From positions 1 through 14,759 of the forward strand of contig JAWCMA010000028.1 in NCBI GenBank assembly GCA_038850285.1: a DNA stretch of 14,759 nt, read 5' to 3'. The stretch is from Methanocellales archaeon (GTDB taxonomy: Archaea; Halobacteriota; JAWCLZ01). The number at the start of each line of letters is the position of its first letter. Within the stretch, counting starts at the first letter, position 1. This document shows, one piece after another, positions 1 to 7,448 of the stretch. A program made the translations under genes and the position numbers. Below the pieces are notes generated by a model. That model was not told where the DNA came from, ran no database searches, and worked only from the letters and a program-made list of their open reading frames with translations.

Positions 1-1088
1 ATCCGCTGGCTCCTAGATCTCACCTCAGATTCATATTTCCTCTGGCCTATGAAGGTCAAGCAGCCCTTGGGATAGTTTTGCTCTATGAGCTGGGAAACCT
101 TAGCTAGCTTGCAAACCTTGCAGCACCATCTTGCCTCTACCGAGGGTGGGCCAAAATGCTTTAGGTTAACCCAGAATGCATCTCCAGCTGAAACTTGAAG
201 TAAATTCAAGCCATATTTACCTGCATTCCTGAGAACATTTTGCTTGGTCTCCTCGAATTCTAAACCCGTGTCCACGAAGAGTACATCAAATTGCTCAATG
301 GCTTTTTTAACCAGCAGTAGAGTGACTAGGCTATCTTTACCCCCTGAGTAGGAAACTGTTACCGGTCGAGCGGTATTCAGCACAGCTTTTTTTATGAAAT
401 CAATTGCCTCAGCTTCATAGCTTGCGATCACCTCTTTGTTGGCTTCAACTGCATCGCTCCAACTCTGCCCCCCGGGTAAAATTTTTTCTTCCTCATAGCC
501 ACTCCACCTAGTTTTCACAGCTATCCCTCGCTCTCGCTTAAGCATTTCCAAGCCGTTCATTCTAGCTCTGCCAACTGCTATTGGCTTATCTTCGCTGAAT
601 ACAATCACTTCATCCCCTCTATTTATACTAAAATCTGCATCAACAACTCCAGGGCCGAGTATGTTTGCAGTTTTCAATATGGATCGAGCTGCGCCTATAT
701 CCACTTTTACATATCTGCGCTTGACATTCATTCTGCGAGCAGCGCTCAATCTCGGGAGGAATACCCAGTCCAGTTTATGGGGTTCAAAGCGAAGTGAGCC
801 TATGACTTTACCATCCATGATTATTTCATCCATTCTATCCTCAAAGGGCACTTTATTGAGCACTATCAATTTATCATTTGGAATTAAGCTTGCGTCTCCG
901 AAGTCTCTTTCCACGATTTTTCTTATCAAATTTAAATCAAATTCAAAAGCAGGACGTATATCACCAGGCGGAGTGATATCTACCTTCACCGCTCTAGAGC
1001 TGCATTTACTGCATTTCTCAGCTAGCAATGGTAAATTGCACGGCTTGCACCAGTAGAGCTGCAGTTTGCCTAGGAATACCTTGCTCAT
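1..1088 (-). CDS. PAPS/APS reductase family protein with N-terminal Zn-ribbon and PUA domain (3' end runs off the window)
   Basis: Not in the ORF track; translated by hand from ATG at 1088: MSKVFLGKLQLYWCKPCNLPLLAEKCSKC...DITPPGDIRPAF...ILGPGVVDAD...GDEVIV...AVGRARM (PUA)...VSYSGGKDS (PP-loop)...FVDTGLEF...FGPPSVEARWCCKVCK...FIGQRKYES. The frame is open to the window edge. Confidence 0.9.
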   Translation of the reverse strand, partial: MSKVFLGKLQLYWCKPCNLPLLAEKCSKCSSRAVKVDITPPGDIRPAFEFDLNLIRKIVERDFGDASLIPNDKLIVLNKVPFEDRMDEIIMDGKVIGSLRFEPHKLDWVFLPRLSAARRMNVKRRYVKVDIGAARSILKTANILGPGVVDADFSINRGDEVIVFSEDKPIAVGRARMNGLEMLKRERGIAVKTRWSGYEEEKILPGGQSWSDAVEANKEVIASYEAEAIDFIKKAVLNTARPVTVSYSGGKDSLVTLLLVKKAIEQFDVLFVDTGLEFEETKQNVLRNAGKYGLNLLQVSAGDAFWVNLKHFGPPSVEARWCCKVCKLAKVSQLIEQNYPKGCLTFIGQRKYESEVRSRSQR

Positions 1089-1112
1089 AATCTATTTCAA
1101 TAGTTTATGGCA

Positions 1113-1129
1113 GCTTAATAGACTTTCCC
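1113..1129 (-). promoter_or_regulatory. Putative BRE/TATA promoter for a leaderless PAPS-reductase-family transcript
   Basis: Minus strand reads GGGAAAGTC-TATTAAG about 25 nt upstream of the ATG at 1088; no ribosome-binding site is visible. Confidence 0.45.
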
Positions 1130-1188
1130 ATCCACAAGTATTTAAAATTTTATATCAAATTTTGTTAATCTATATCTTAATATTAAAT

Positions 1189-1204
1189 CGAAAGTTTTAT
1201 ATAA
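1189..1204 (+). promoter_or_regulatory. Putative BRE/TATA promoter for the small peptide gene
   Basis: CGAAAG followed by TTTTATATAA, matching the archaeal BRE-TATA consensus, about 80 nt upstream of the GTG at 1282. Confidence 0.55.
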
Positions 1205-1240
1205 ATCATAATAACATCATCATAATAATTATCATAATAA
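1205..1240 (+). repeat. Three direct copies of ATCATAATAA
   Basis: Exact 10-mers at 1205-1214, 1219-1228 and 1231-1240. Confidence 0.7.
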
Positions 1241-1281
1241 TAATGATGGGATTAAAAAAAACTAGATAGGAGGTGATAGTA

Positions 1282-1413
1282 GTGAGGGAGAGACTTCTCC
1301 ACTGGCTAAGCATTGTCAAAGATCCAAGAACTACAGCACTTTTGCTCGGGCTATTGTTGTTAACAATCGCAACTGAAACAGTATCTGCATATGGCACATT
1401 CCGCGGACCATAA
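1282..1413 (+). CDS. 43-aa small peptide precursor: signal-peptide-like leader plus short C-terminal peptide YGTFRGP
   Basis: Below the ORF-track cutoff. Strong SD GGAGGTGA at 1269-1276, GTG at 1282, TAA at 1411-1413. Translation MRERLLHWLSIVKDPRTTALLLGLLLLTIATETVSAYGTFRGP. It is a higher-GC island in very AT-rich DNA, followed by T-rich terminator-like tracts. Confidence 0.85.
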   Translation: MRERLLHWLSIVKDPRTTALLLGLLLLTIATETVSAYGTFRGP

Positions 1414-1462
1414 ACATTAATATTTATTTTAATTTTAATTTAATTATATTAATTTAAATTTA
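1414..1462. terminator. AT-rich convergent terminator region
   Basis: Almost pure A/T with T-tracts (TTTATTTTTAATTTT) between two convergent stop codons. Confidence 0.4.
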
Positions 1463-3499
1463 TTATATTATTAACCTTGGATTTTTGAGTATATCATCCG
1501 ACCAGAGAAATTTACCTTGAAATAAAACTGGGAACTGCAGCATCTTCATTACCCTTAAGAGGTCTGCCAAGCTTTTATCTTTATATGAAAACTCCCCGTG
1601 GGATAAATGAAATACATCGCTATCCTCGAAGAATGAAACAAAGGTACCGCCCGTATTGCCATACTCAAAAATTCTAACTCTTATAGTATATCTATTATTA
1701 CCTTCCTTCTCAAGCTCCCAGATGAAAGGCACATTGAAATTCTGTCCCTGCATTAGCACATACATTCCATTTCCCAGCACCAAATAATCTCTGCCATAAA
1801 GCGATCTTCTCCGTGCAAGAGCCACTGCATCGCATACTGGAAAGCCGCAGCTTAAAAGTCTGGCAAAGGTATAGCCAATCTCTAGCGCCTCTTTATTCAA
1901 AACCTTGAATAAAGTTACAACGCCGCAAACTGAGCCGCGTTTAATAAGCTCCATTCCTTCCTCATAGCTTCTGCAGGCATTTAAGAAGAAAGCCGGAGTA
2001 TTATTTACCTCAAGCTCAGTAGCACTGAGATTTCCATCTGAGCAGAGGAATCCACGAGCAGCGCAGTGGCCAATGTAATGCACCATATCATAGCCAGCGG
2101 CGAAGATCTCCTTCAAATCCCTTCTACTAGCCATTTGAAATATATCCGTCTCAAGCGGCACATCATCTCTCTGCTTGTAAATCCGTGCAACATTCGCCTG
2201 TTCCTCCCCCATCTTCTTATCATTCAAAATCAAGGCAACCTCAATATGATCCTTCTCTACTCCAGCATACCTCAATTGATTCAAAAAAGCAATCTCCTCA
2301 GCTTTAACCACATCCATAGGTGTCTTAGAAGAGAGCCAAGCGTGACTTTGAGCATTCTTCAGCACAGGCATAACTAACAAGCGAGCTGCCGCTATTTGCT
2401 CTCCTGATCTAAAGAAGTCTTTAAGCGAGTAACTAATTATTTCTCTCTCAGTGATCTCTCTAGCTCGAGGCATATATATCAATGAAAGTTCATTGAGCAG
2501 AAAAGGCAGCGCTCTCACTTTATTAAGCGAGGGCTCTACATATGTGGAGAGATGCCAAGGGGGTATGAATTCCTTAATTCTCTCCCAAGGTATCTCTAGA
2601 TATATACTCAATTGATCTTGAATCTTTTTATCATAAAGCGCTTTTGCATCTAAATCCAGAGCCTCTAAAGCACGTGCTTCATGCATCTTAATCTTATATA
2701 AACCAACTGTTCTAACCAAGCAATCTAAGAAGAAAACCTGCTGCAAAATCTCGCTCACTCTATTCTCAAACTCTGGAAAAGCAGGCAGCTCCAGGCAGAA
2801 GCCATCTTCACATTCAATTCTAGGCCTGCCTATTTTTAAATCCCCGAGTAAATAATAAACCAGAGGAGCAGCTGAATAAATATATTCAAGCTTAGGGGGA
2901 ACGTAGATCTCCACTCCACTCTTGAACTTCCTGAGCTCGGGAATTACTGCTTTCTTGGAGAAGTCTATCAAAGGCGGATGCCCGCGAAGCGTTGGATAGG
3001 TCCTCTCGCAGTTATCAGTCTTAATCGCCGAGGAAAGCTGGGAAATTGCTCTAGCTATATCCCTCAAATCCTTGGTAATTTTAATCCTAGCTTGAGGTTT
3101 CTTGCTATATGAACGCGCGCCTATTATCACACTGGTTTTTGAATCAAATTCAAATGAAATCTTCGATTCATCGAAGATAATCTTCATACCCGCTTCCACG
3201 AAGATATATACCTTTAAATGAGCATTTATCTCCAGAATATATCCATCTCTATCGAATTCAAATACCCCTGGATGTGTTATTTGCTTTATAAGCTCATAAT
3301 CCCCAGCTCTTCTAACGAAGGTTAAAAAAGCATTGAACTGCATTTTTCTGCATCTAACCCCTAGTATTCTATCTACTGGAAATCGAAATTTATATACTTG
3401 ATCTGAAGCCTCACCATCGTCGAAGTAGATATAAAGCGTTTTTTTCTCATCGGTATCAAAAATCATTAAAGAGTTTTTTTCAAATTTAACCTCAAGCAC
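1463..3499 (-). CDS. Large cytoplasmic protein with C-terminal caspase-like (CHAT / clan CD) peptidase domain
   Basis: 678-aa ORF, GTG start with GGGAGAG upstream. Motifs DMVHYIGHC (HYIGHC at nt 2063-2080) and FFLNACRS (Cys codon 1973-1975), followed by GVVTLFKV...FARLLSCGFPVCDAVALAR...YLVLG, match the CHAT layout. ERTYPTLRGHPP resembles a motif I recall from haloarchaeal hypothetical proteins. No signal peptide or TM helix is apparent. Confidence 0.8.
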   Translation of the reverse strand: MLEVKFEKNSLMIFDTDEKKTLYIYFDDGEASDQVYKFRFPVDRILGVRCRKMQFNAFLTFVRRAGDYELIKQITHPGVFEFDRDGYILEINAHLKVYIFVEAGMKIIFDESKISFEFDSKTSVIIGARSYSKKPQARIKITKDLRDIARAISQLSSAIKTDNCERTYPTLRGHPPLIDFSKKAVIPELRKFKSGVEIYVPPKLEYIYSAAPLVYYLLGDLKIGRPRIECEDGFCLELPAFPEFENRVSEILQQVFFLDCLVRTVGLYKIKMHEARALEALDLDAKALYDKKIQDQLSIYLEIPWERIKEFIPPWHLSTYVEPSLNKVRALPFLLNELSLIYMPRAREITEREIISYSLKDFFRSGEQIAAARLLVMPVLKNAQSHAWLSSKTPMDVVKAEEIAFLNQLRYAGVEKDHIEVALILNDKKMGEEQANVARIYKQRDDVPLETDIFQMASRRDLKEIFAAGYDMVHYIGHCAARGFLCSDGNLSATELEVNNTPAFFLNACRSYEEGMELIKRGSVCGVVTLFKVLNKEALEIGYTFARLLSCGFPVCDAVALARRRSLYGRDYLVLGNGMYVLMQGQNFNVPFIWELEKEGNNRYTIRVRIFEYGNTGGTFVSFFEDSDVFHLSHGEFSYKDKSLADLLRVMKMLQFPVLFQGKFLWSDDILKNPRLII

Positions 3500-3615
3500 A
3501 AATTTATTATCTCTCCCACAATCTATTAAAAACTATCGCTATTTTTTTACATAAATTTTAAAATAAATAATACGAGGTTTCAAATATTAGCTAACAGTTA
3601 AATTAAATTAATGAA

Positions 3616-4260
3616 ATGTTAATCGCAGGACTAGACGAAGCAGGCAAGGGATCTGTAATTGGACCAATGATAATAGGAGCAGTGGTAATAGAAGAAGGAG
3701 AGCAATCCATTTTAGAAAACCTTGGAGTAAAAGACTCAAAGAAGCTTTCCTCAAAGAAGAGAGAGCAAATTGCAAAGGTAATTAAAAGCAGATTTCAACA
3801 CTTTGAATATGAAGTCAGCGCTAGTGAAATAGACCAGCTCAGGAAGAATTTAACCATGAATGACATAATGGTGCTGTGCTTCTCCCGCGTTTTAAATCAA
3901 CTGAAAATAAGCAAAGCAATCGTGGATGCAGCTGATGTTAACCCAAGGAGATTTGCTTGGAAACTCAAACAAAATACAGCGGGCGTGGAAATCCAAGCTG
4001 AGCATAAGGCTGATGAAAAATACACCCTAGTAGGAGCAGCTTCCATTATTGCAAAGGTAAAAAGAGATTTACGCTTAAGAGAGTTGGAACATAAACTTAG
4101 GAGGCAAATTGGCAGTGGATATCCAGCAGATTCAAGAACAAGGAGATTTCTAATTGAGTGCTTGAAAAATTGCGAGCTTCCAGATTGCATTCGACTATCT
4201 TGGAAAACCACGCGAATGCTAATCAAGAGCGAAAGCATTAAACCTATTCGGCCTAAATGA
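3616..4260 (+). CDS. rnhB: Ribonuclease HII
   Basis: Motifs AGLDEAGKG, GVKDSKKLS, IVDA, HKADEKY, AASIIAKVKRD, GSGYPAD. Confidence 0.97.
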   Translation: MLIAGLDEAGKGSVIGPMIIGAVVIEEGEQSILENLGVKDSKKLSSKKREQIAKVIKSRFQHFEYEVSASEIDQLRKNLTMNDIMVLCFSRVLNQLKISKAIVDAADVNPRRFAWKLKQNTAGVEIQAEHKADEKYTLVGAASIIAKVKRDLRLRELEHKLRRQIGSGYPADSRTRRFLIECLKNCELPDCIRLSWKTTRMLIKSESIKPIRPK

Positions 4261-4284
4261 TACTCAAATAAGAGAGGTGATATC

Positions 4285-4596
4285 CTGAAAAATGAAGCAG
4301 TAGAACATAAAGGAGAAGTCATAACTAGAGTGCGCATCCCTAGAAAGGAACAGGGTGAATTACTAGGCGTGGTGGAAAGCATGCTAGGTGCGAATCACGT
4401 TAGAGTTAAATGTTTGGATGGCGTGACTAGGCTCTGTCGAATACCCGGCAAGCTTAAAAAGAAGATCTGGATCAAAGAAGGTGACATAGTTATAGTTCTA
4501 CCCTGGAGTTTTCAAAGAGACAAAGCAGATATCATCTGGCGCTACACCGAGCCCCAGGTTTCTTGGCTTGAGCGAAATGGATATTTGAAAGGGTAA
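4285..4596 (+). CDS. eif1a: Translation initiation factor aIF-1A (start probably CTG 4285; the ORF track uses GTG 4330)
   Basis: [65 protein letters not shown] at 4274-4280 precedes an in-frame CTG. Confidence 0.95.
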   Translation: MKNEAVEHKGEVITRVRIPRKEQGELLGVVESMLGANHVRVKCLDGVTRLCRIPGKLKKKIWIKEGDIVIVLPWSFQRDKADIIWRYTEPQVSWLERNGYLKG

Positions 4597-4600
4597 GAAA

Positions 4601-5383
4601 TTGCTGGATGAGAAGAAGCTAAGGCAAATTGAGCAAAAACTCGATGAGCAGCGCATTAAAATAAAAGGCTTGGAAGACCTCAAAACATGGGAAGATGTAT
4701 TTGATACTCAAACACTTCTCGGGCTATATAAACTTGCGAATAAAGGTATAATTAAAGCCATGGGGGGAGCGATTGCCACTGGTAAAGAGGCAAATATTTT
4801 CCACGCTATAGGCAGCGATGGAAGAGAGCTTGGATTAAAGATCTATAGAATTGCAACAAGCGACTTCAAAGCAATGCAAGACTATATAATAGGCGATCCT
4901 AGATTTGAGAAAATCAAGCATAGTAAAAAAGATATAGTTTTTGCTTGGACTAAAAAGGAATTCAGAAACCTACATAGAGCTTTGCAAGCTGGAGTAAGAG
5001 TGCCTCAACCTCTGGTTGCGGAGAGAAATATATTGATAATGGAATTCATAGGGAAAAATGGAATTGCAGCTCCATTGCTGCGCGAGGTGAAGCTTAAAAA
5101 GCCTAGGCTAGTCTTCGAGAAAGTTGTGGAAAATATGAAGTTGCTTTATCAAAAGGCAAACTTGGTTCACGCGGATCTAAGTGAATATAACATAATGTAT
5201 TATAATCAAGAGCCAGTTTTCATAGACATGGGTCAATCTCTAGTTCGCGAGCATCCAAATTCTGAGGAATTCCTCAAAAGAGATATTAATAACATCGTAA
5301 AATTCTTCCAGAAACTAGGAGTTAAATCCCAAGAAATAGAAGTCCTAAAAAAAATAAAAAATATAAATAATATAAATAAATAA
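4601..5383 (+). CDS. rio1: RIO1-family serine kinase/ATPase
   Basis: IATGKEANIF, KIYR, WTKKEFRNL, GVRVPQP, LVHADLSEYNI, IDMGQ; conserved aIF1A-rio1-KH synteny. Confidence 0.96.
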   Translation: MLDEKKLRQIEQKLDEQRIKIKGLEDLKTWEDVFDTQTLLGLYKLANKGIIKAMGGAIATGKEANIFHAIGSDGRELGLKIYRIATSDFKAMQDYIIGDPRFEKIKHSKKDIVFAWTKKEFRNLHRALQAGVRVPQPLVAERNILIMEFIGKNGIAAPLLREVKLKKPRLVFEKVVENMKLLYQKANLVHADLSEYNIMYYNQEPVFIDMGQSLVREHPNSEEFLKRDINNIVKFFQKLGVKSQEIEVLKKIKNINNINK

Positions 5384-5403
5384 TATAAATAAATAATATA
5401 AAT

Positions 5404-5958
5404 ATGAGGCAGTATGTAAAGGTACCTAGCGATAGAATTGGTGTGATAATAGGCACCAATGGTGAAATGAAAAGGCTAATTGAGGAGAAAACAAAGACTA
5501 AATTAAATGTGGATAGCGAAACCGGTAGCATAATGATCGAGGGGGAGGGCGAGGGAGCTGATGAGATTTTTCAAGTACTGCGAGCAACTGAGTTAATAAA
5601 AGCTATTGGGAGAGGCTTCAGCCCTGAAAGAGCTTTTATTTTAATTGACAATGAAGAGCTCATTCTTGATATAATCGACCTATCCACAGTTGCCTCTTCA
5701 GAGGGAGAACTGCGACGCATTAAAGGAAGAATTATAGGCAAGAAAGGCAAGATGAGGGACTTCATGGAGCGGGCAACAAGTACTAAAATCTCCATCTATG
5801 GCGATACAGTGAGCATAATAGGCACGCCTGAGCAAATCAACATAATTAGAGGAGCCATCAACATGCTCCTAAATGGAGCCCCACACGGAAGTGTATATGG
5901 CTATCTTGAGCGCAAACGCCGAGAGGCAAAGCGATTTGAGCTTGATTACTATAGATAG
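5404..5958 (+). CDS. KH-domain pre-rRNA processing protein (Dim2/Pno1/Krr1-like)
   Basis: RIGVIIG, AIGRGFSPERA, RIKGRIIGKKG, GAPHGSVYGYLE. Confidence 0.95.
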   Translation: MRQYVKVPSDRIGVIIGTNGEMKRLIEEKTKTKLNVDSETGSIMIEGEGEGADEIFQVLRATELIKAIGRGFSPERAFILIDNEELILDIIDLSTVASSEGELRRIKGRIIGKKGKMRDFMERATSTKISIYGDTVSIIGTPEQINIIRGAINMLLNGAPHGSVYGYLERKRREAKRFELDYYR

Positions 5959-5960
5959 CT

Positions 5961-6170
5961 ATGGAAGAGCTGACATTTGCAGAGCTGCTTACTAAAATCA
6001 ACACTTATATAGTAATTGCATTCACTGCAGTCATAGCAATCATGGGATTAATGGTTTATCGCGGACTGCATCTCACCTTGAGTTTGATAACATTTTTATT
6101 CCTAAGTGCATTTTTAAGTATATTGGTAGCTTTACTAGCACTCGCTGTTATACGCATGCTCCCCTATTAA
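5961..6170 (+). CDS. Small two-TM membrane protein of unknown function
   Basis: ATG 2 nt after the KH gene stop; two hydrophobic segments. Confidence 0.75.
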   Translation: MEELTFAELLTKINTYIVIAFTAVIAIMGLMVYRGLHLTLSLITFLFLSAFLSILVALLALAVIRMLPY

Positions 6171-6251
6171 ATCGTCATTTGTCGAATTTTTAATCGATAG
6201 TTGCAGAAAGTATTTATGCAAAGCTGACAACAAAAAAACGGGGAGTGGTTA

Positions 6252-7448
6252 ATGCCTCGAAATCGTGAGGTAGCAATTATAGGTGCAGGTAGAACCAAAT
6301 TTGGTGAGCTCTACGAACGCAGCTTAATAAGTCTAACAGTTGAAGCAGGACTAAATGCACTTAAAGAGGCAAATTTAGAGCGAAAAGACATAGATGAAAT
6401 GATAGTTGGCTCCTTCATAACTGAGATAGCCAACGAGCAAGGCAACTTACCAGCCTTCCTCTCAGAAGAACTTGGAATAAACATACCAATCACACGCACT
6501 GAAGCAGCCTGCGGCTCAGGAGGAAGTGCATTATATAGCGGTATAACTGCAATAAAATCCGGTCGCTCCGACATAGTATTAGTAGGAGGGGTGGAGAAAG
6601 CAACTGACTGGGACGCAGGTATAGCCTACATGGCAGCAGCCAGTGAATGGGAAAGGATATATAATTTCAACTTCACCGGTTTAAATGCAGCATTAGCCAA
6701 GCGATATCTCTATGAATACCCAGAGACCAAGCTCGAGCATCTTGCCTTAATCTCAGTTAAAAATCATAAACACGCTAGAGATAATAAAAATGCACATCTA
6801 AGGAATCAAATAACAGTAGACCAAGTTTTAAAATCCAATATAATTTCAGATCCCTTTACCATATTTCACTGTTCCCCAGTTTCAGATGGCGCAGCAGCAC
6901 TTATTCTAGTAAATGGCGAACTAGCTAAAGAATATGAAAACCCAGTTTATATAACTGGCTCAGGGATGAACACAGATTCAATTGGTTTATATGCACGCGA
7001 GAATTTTACCTCCTTAAAAGCAAATAGACTAGCAGCAGCAGCTGCCTTTCAAGAAGCAGGTAGAACCATAAAAGAGGTAGATATCTTCGAGCTGCACGAT
7101 GCCTTTACGATTCAAGAACTCCTAGCCTATGAAGAACTAGGCCTAGTGGAAAAAGGCAAGGCTTGGAAAATGATTGAAGAGGGCCATAAATCAAGCTCAA
7201 GGCACGTTGTTTATAATGTAAATGGCAGAGAAATAATTGTAAACTGCGGAGGAGGATTAAAAGCCGATGGACACCCAGTGGGTGCAACTGGAGTGAGACA
7301 AGCAGTTGAGATATATCACCAACTAACGGGAAAAACAGATCACCCAGTGAACAAGTCCCTAGGGAGGGAACCTAGAGTGGGACTCTGCCAGAACATAGGA
7401 GGCACAGGATCTTTGATAACAGTCCACATACTGGAGGTGAAAACTTGA
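6252..7448 (+). CDS. Archaeal acetoacetyl-CoA thiolase (SCP2-type thiolase family)
   Basis: EAACGSGG (catalytic Cys), GGVEK, CSPVSDGAAA, ELHDAF, GGLKADGHPVGATG, NIGGTG; SD GGGAGTG at 6241-6247. Confidence 0.95.
   Translation: MPRNREVAIIGAGRTKFGELYERSLISLTVEAGLNALKEANLERKDIDEMIVGSFITEIANEQGNLPAFLSEELGINIPITRTEAACGSGGSALYSGITAIKSGRSDIVLVGGVEKATDWDAGIAYMAAASEWERIYNFNFTGLNAALAKRYLYEYPETKLEHLALISVKNHKHARDNKNAHLRNQITVDQVLKSNIISDPFTIFHCSPVSDGAAALILVNGELAKEYENPVYITGSGMNTDSIGLYARENFTSLKANRLAAAAAFQEAGRTIKEVDIFELHDAFTIQELLAYEELGLVEKGKAWKMIEEGHKSSSRHVVYNVNGREIIVNCGGGLKADGHPVGATGVRQAVEIYHQLTGKTDHPVNKSLGREPRVGLCQNIGGTGSLITVHILEVKT

Noticed and set aside
661-1056. 131-aa plus-strand ORF
   Set aside because: Antisense shadow of the PAPS-reductase/PUA gene.
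1066-1397. ORFs 1066..1269 (+) and 1206..1397 (-) with poly-Ile/Met
   Set aside because: They are translations of the ATA/ATC-rich promoter repeat and the antisense of the real 43-aa peptide gene.
3616-4596. rnhB and aIF-1A share a frame separated by one TGA (possible readthrough fusion)
   Set aside because: A shared frame has a one-in-three chance; aIF-1A has its own SD and both proteins are complete.
5345-5403. A/T-only tract at the rio1 3' end (ATAAATAAT-like repeats) and ORF 5322..5531
   Set aside because: Low-complexity sequence with no spacer structure; the ORF is an antisense artefact.
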